This document shows, in pieces, positions 24,734 to 24,802 of a stretch of DNA of 24,802 nucleotides. This DNA is from a virus. Lineage: Duplodnaviria > Caudoviricetes. The notes below the pieces were generated by a model, which ran no database searches, had not been told where the DNA came from, and worked only from the letters and a program-made list of their open reading frames with translations. Position numbers and translations under genes: made by a program. The first letter of the stretch is position 1; the number at the start of each line of letters is the position of its first letter. The DNA lies in the IMG/VR virus record IMGVR_UViG_3300014656_000131, positions 1 through 24,802 of that record. One strand, given 5' to 3'.

Positions 24734-24802
24734 ATTTTTCGAAAATCCAGGCGACTTTCGACCTGAAAATTTTCAACTGAAGGACCATTGTCGCTTCGCA
24801 AG

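Noticed and set aside
1-24802. CRISPR array, tRNA/rRNA, integrase/att, IS elements, tail sheath
   Set aside because: No regularly spaced repeats, cloverleaf, recombinase/transposase or sheath motifs recognised; intergenic gaps are all short

Overview
The window is almost entirely the structural (late) region of a high-GC, lambda-like, non-contractile-tailed prophage read on the minus strand. Gene order from right to left: terminase small and large (GpA) subunits, Ogr/Delta-like Zn finger, gpW, lambda-type portal, prohead protease/major capsid fusion, DUF2190, a lysis block (two holin-like membrane proteins, a cationic 60-aa peptide, a DUF5675/YkuD-like enzyme), neck genes, tail tube, tail assembly chaperone with a -1 frameshift, tape measure, tail tip genes, tail fibre and fibre chaperone. 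Four accessory (moron-like) genes interrupt or flank the backbone. The most notable is an 877-aa Rad50/SMC-like ABC ATPase with a zinc hook and a C-terminal HEPN-like RxxxxH motif (RloC-like, probable anti-phage nuclease). It sits between ogr and gpW with its own TTGACA promoter and a downstream terminator-like hairpin that overlaps the gpW ribosome-binding site. The other three are plus-strand membrane proteins (1-711, 8919-9185, 21681-22187). No integrase, repressor, att site, RNA gene or CRISPR array is visible. A Desulfovibrio-like host is only my guess from composition and protein style. All family calls are from motif recognition by eye; no searches were run.
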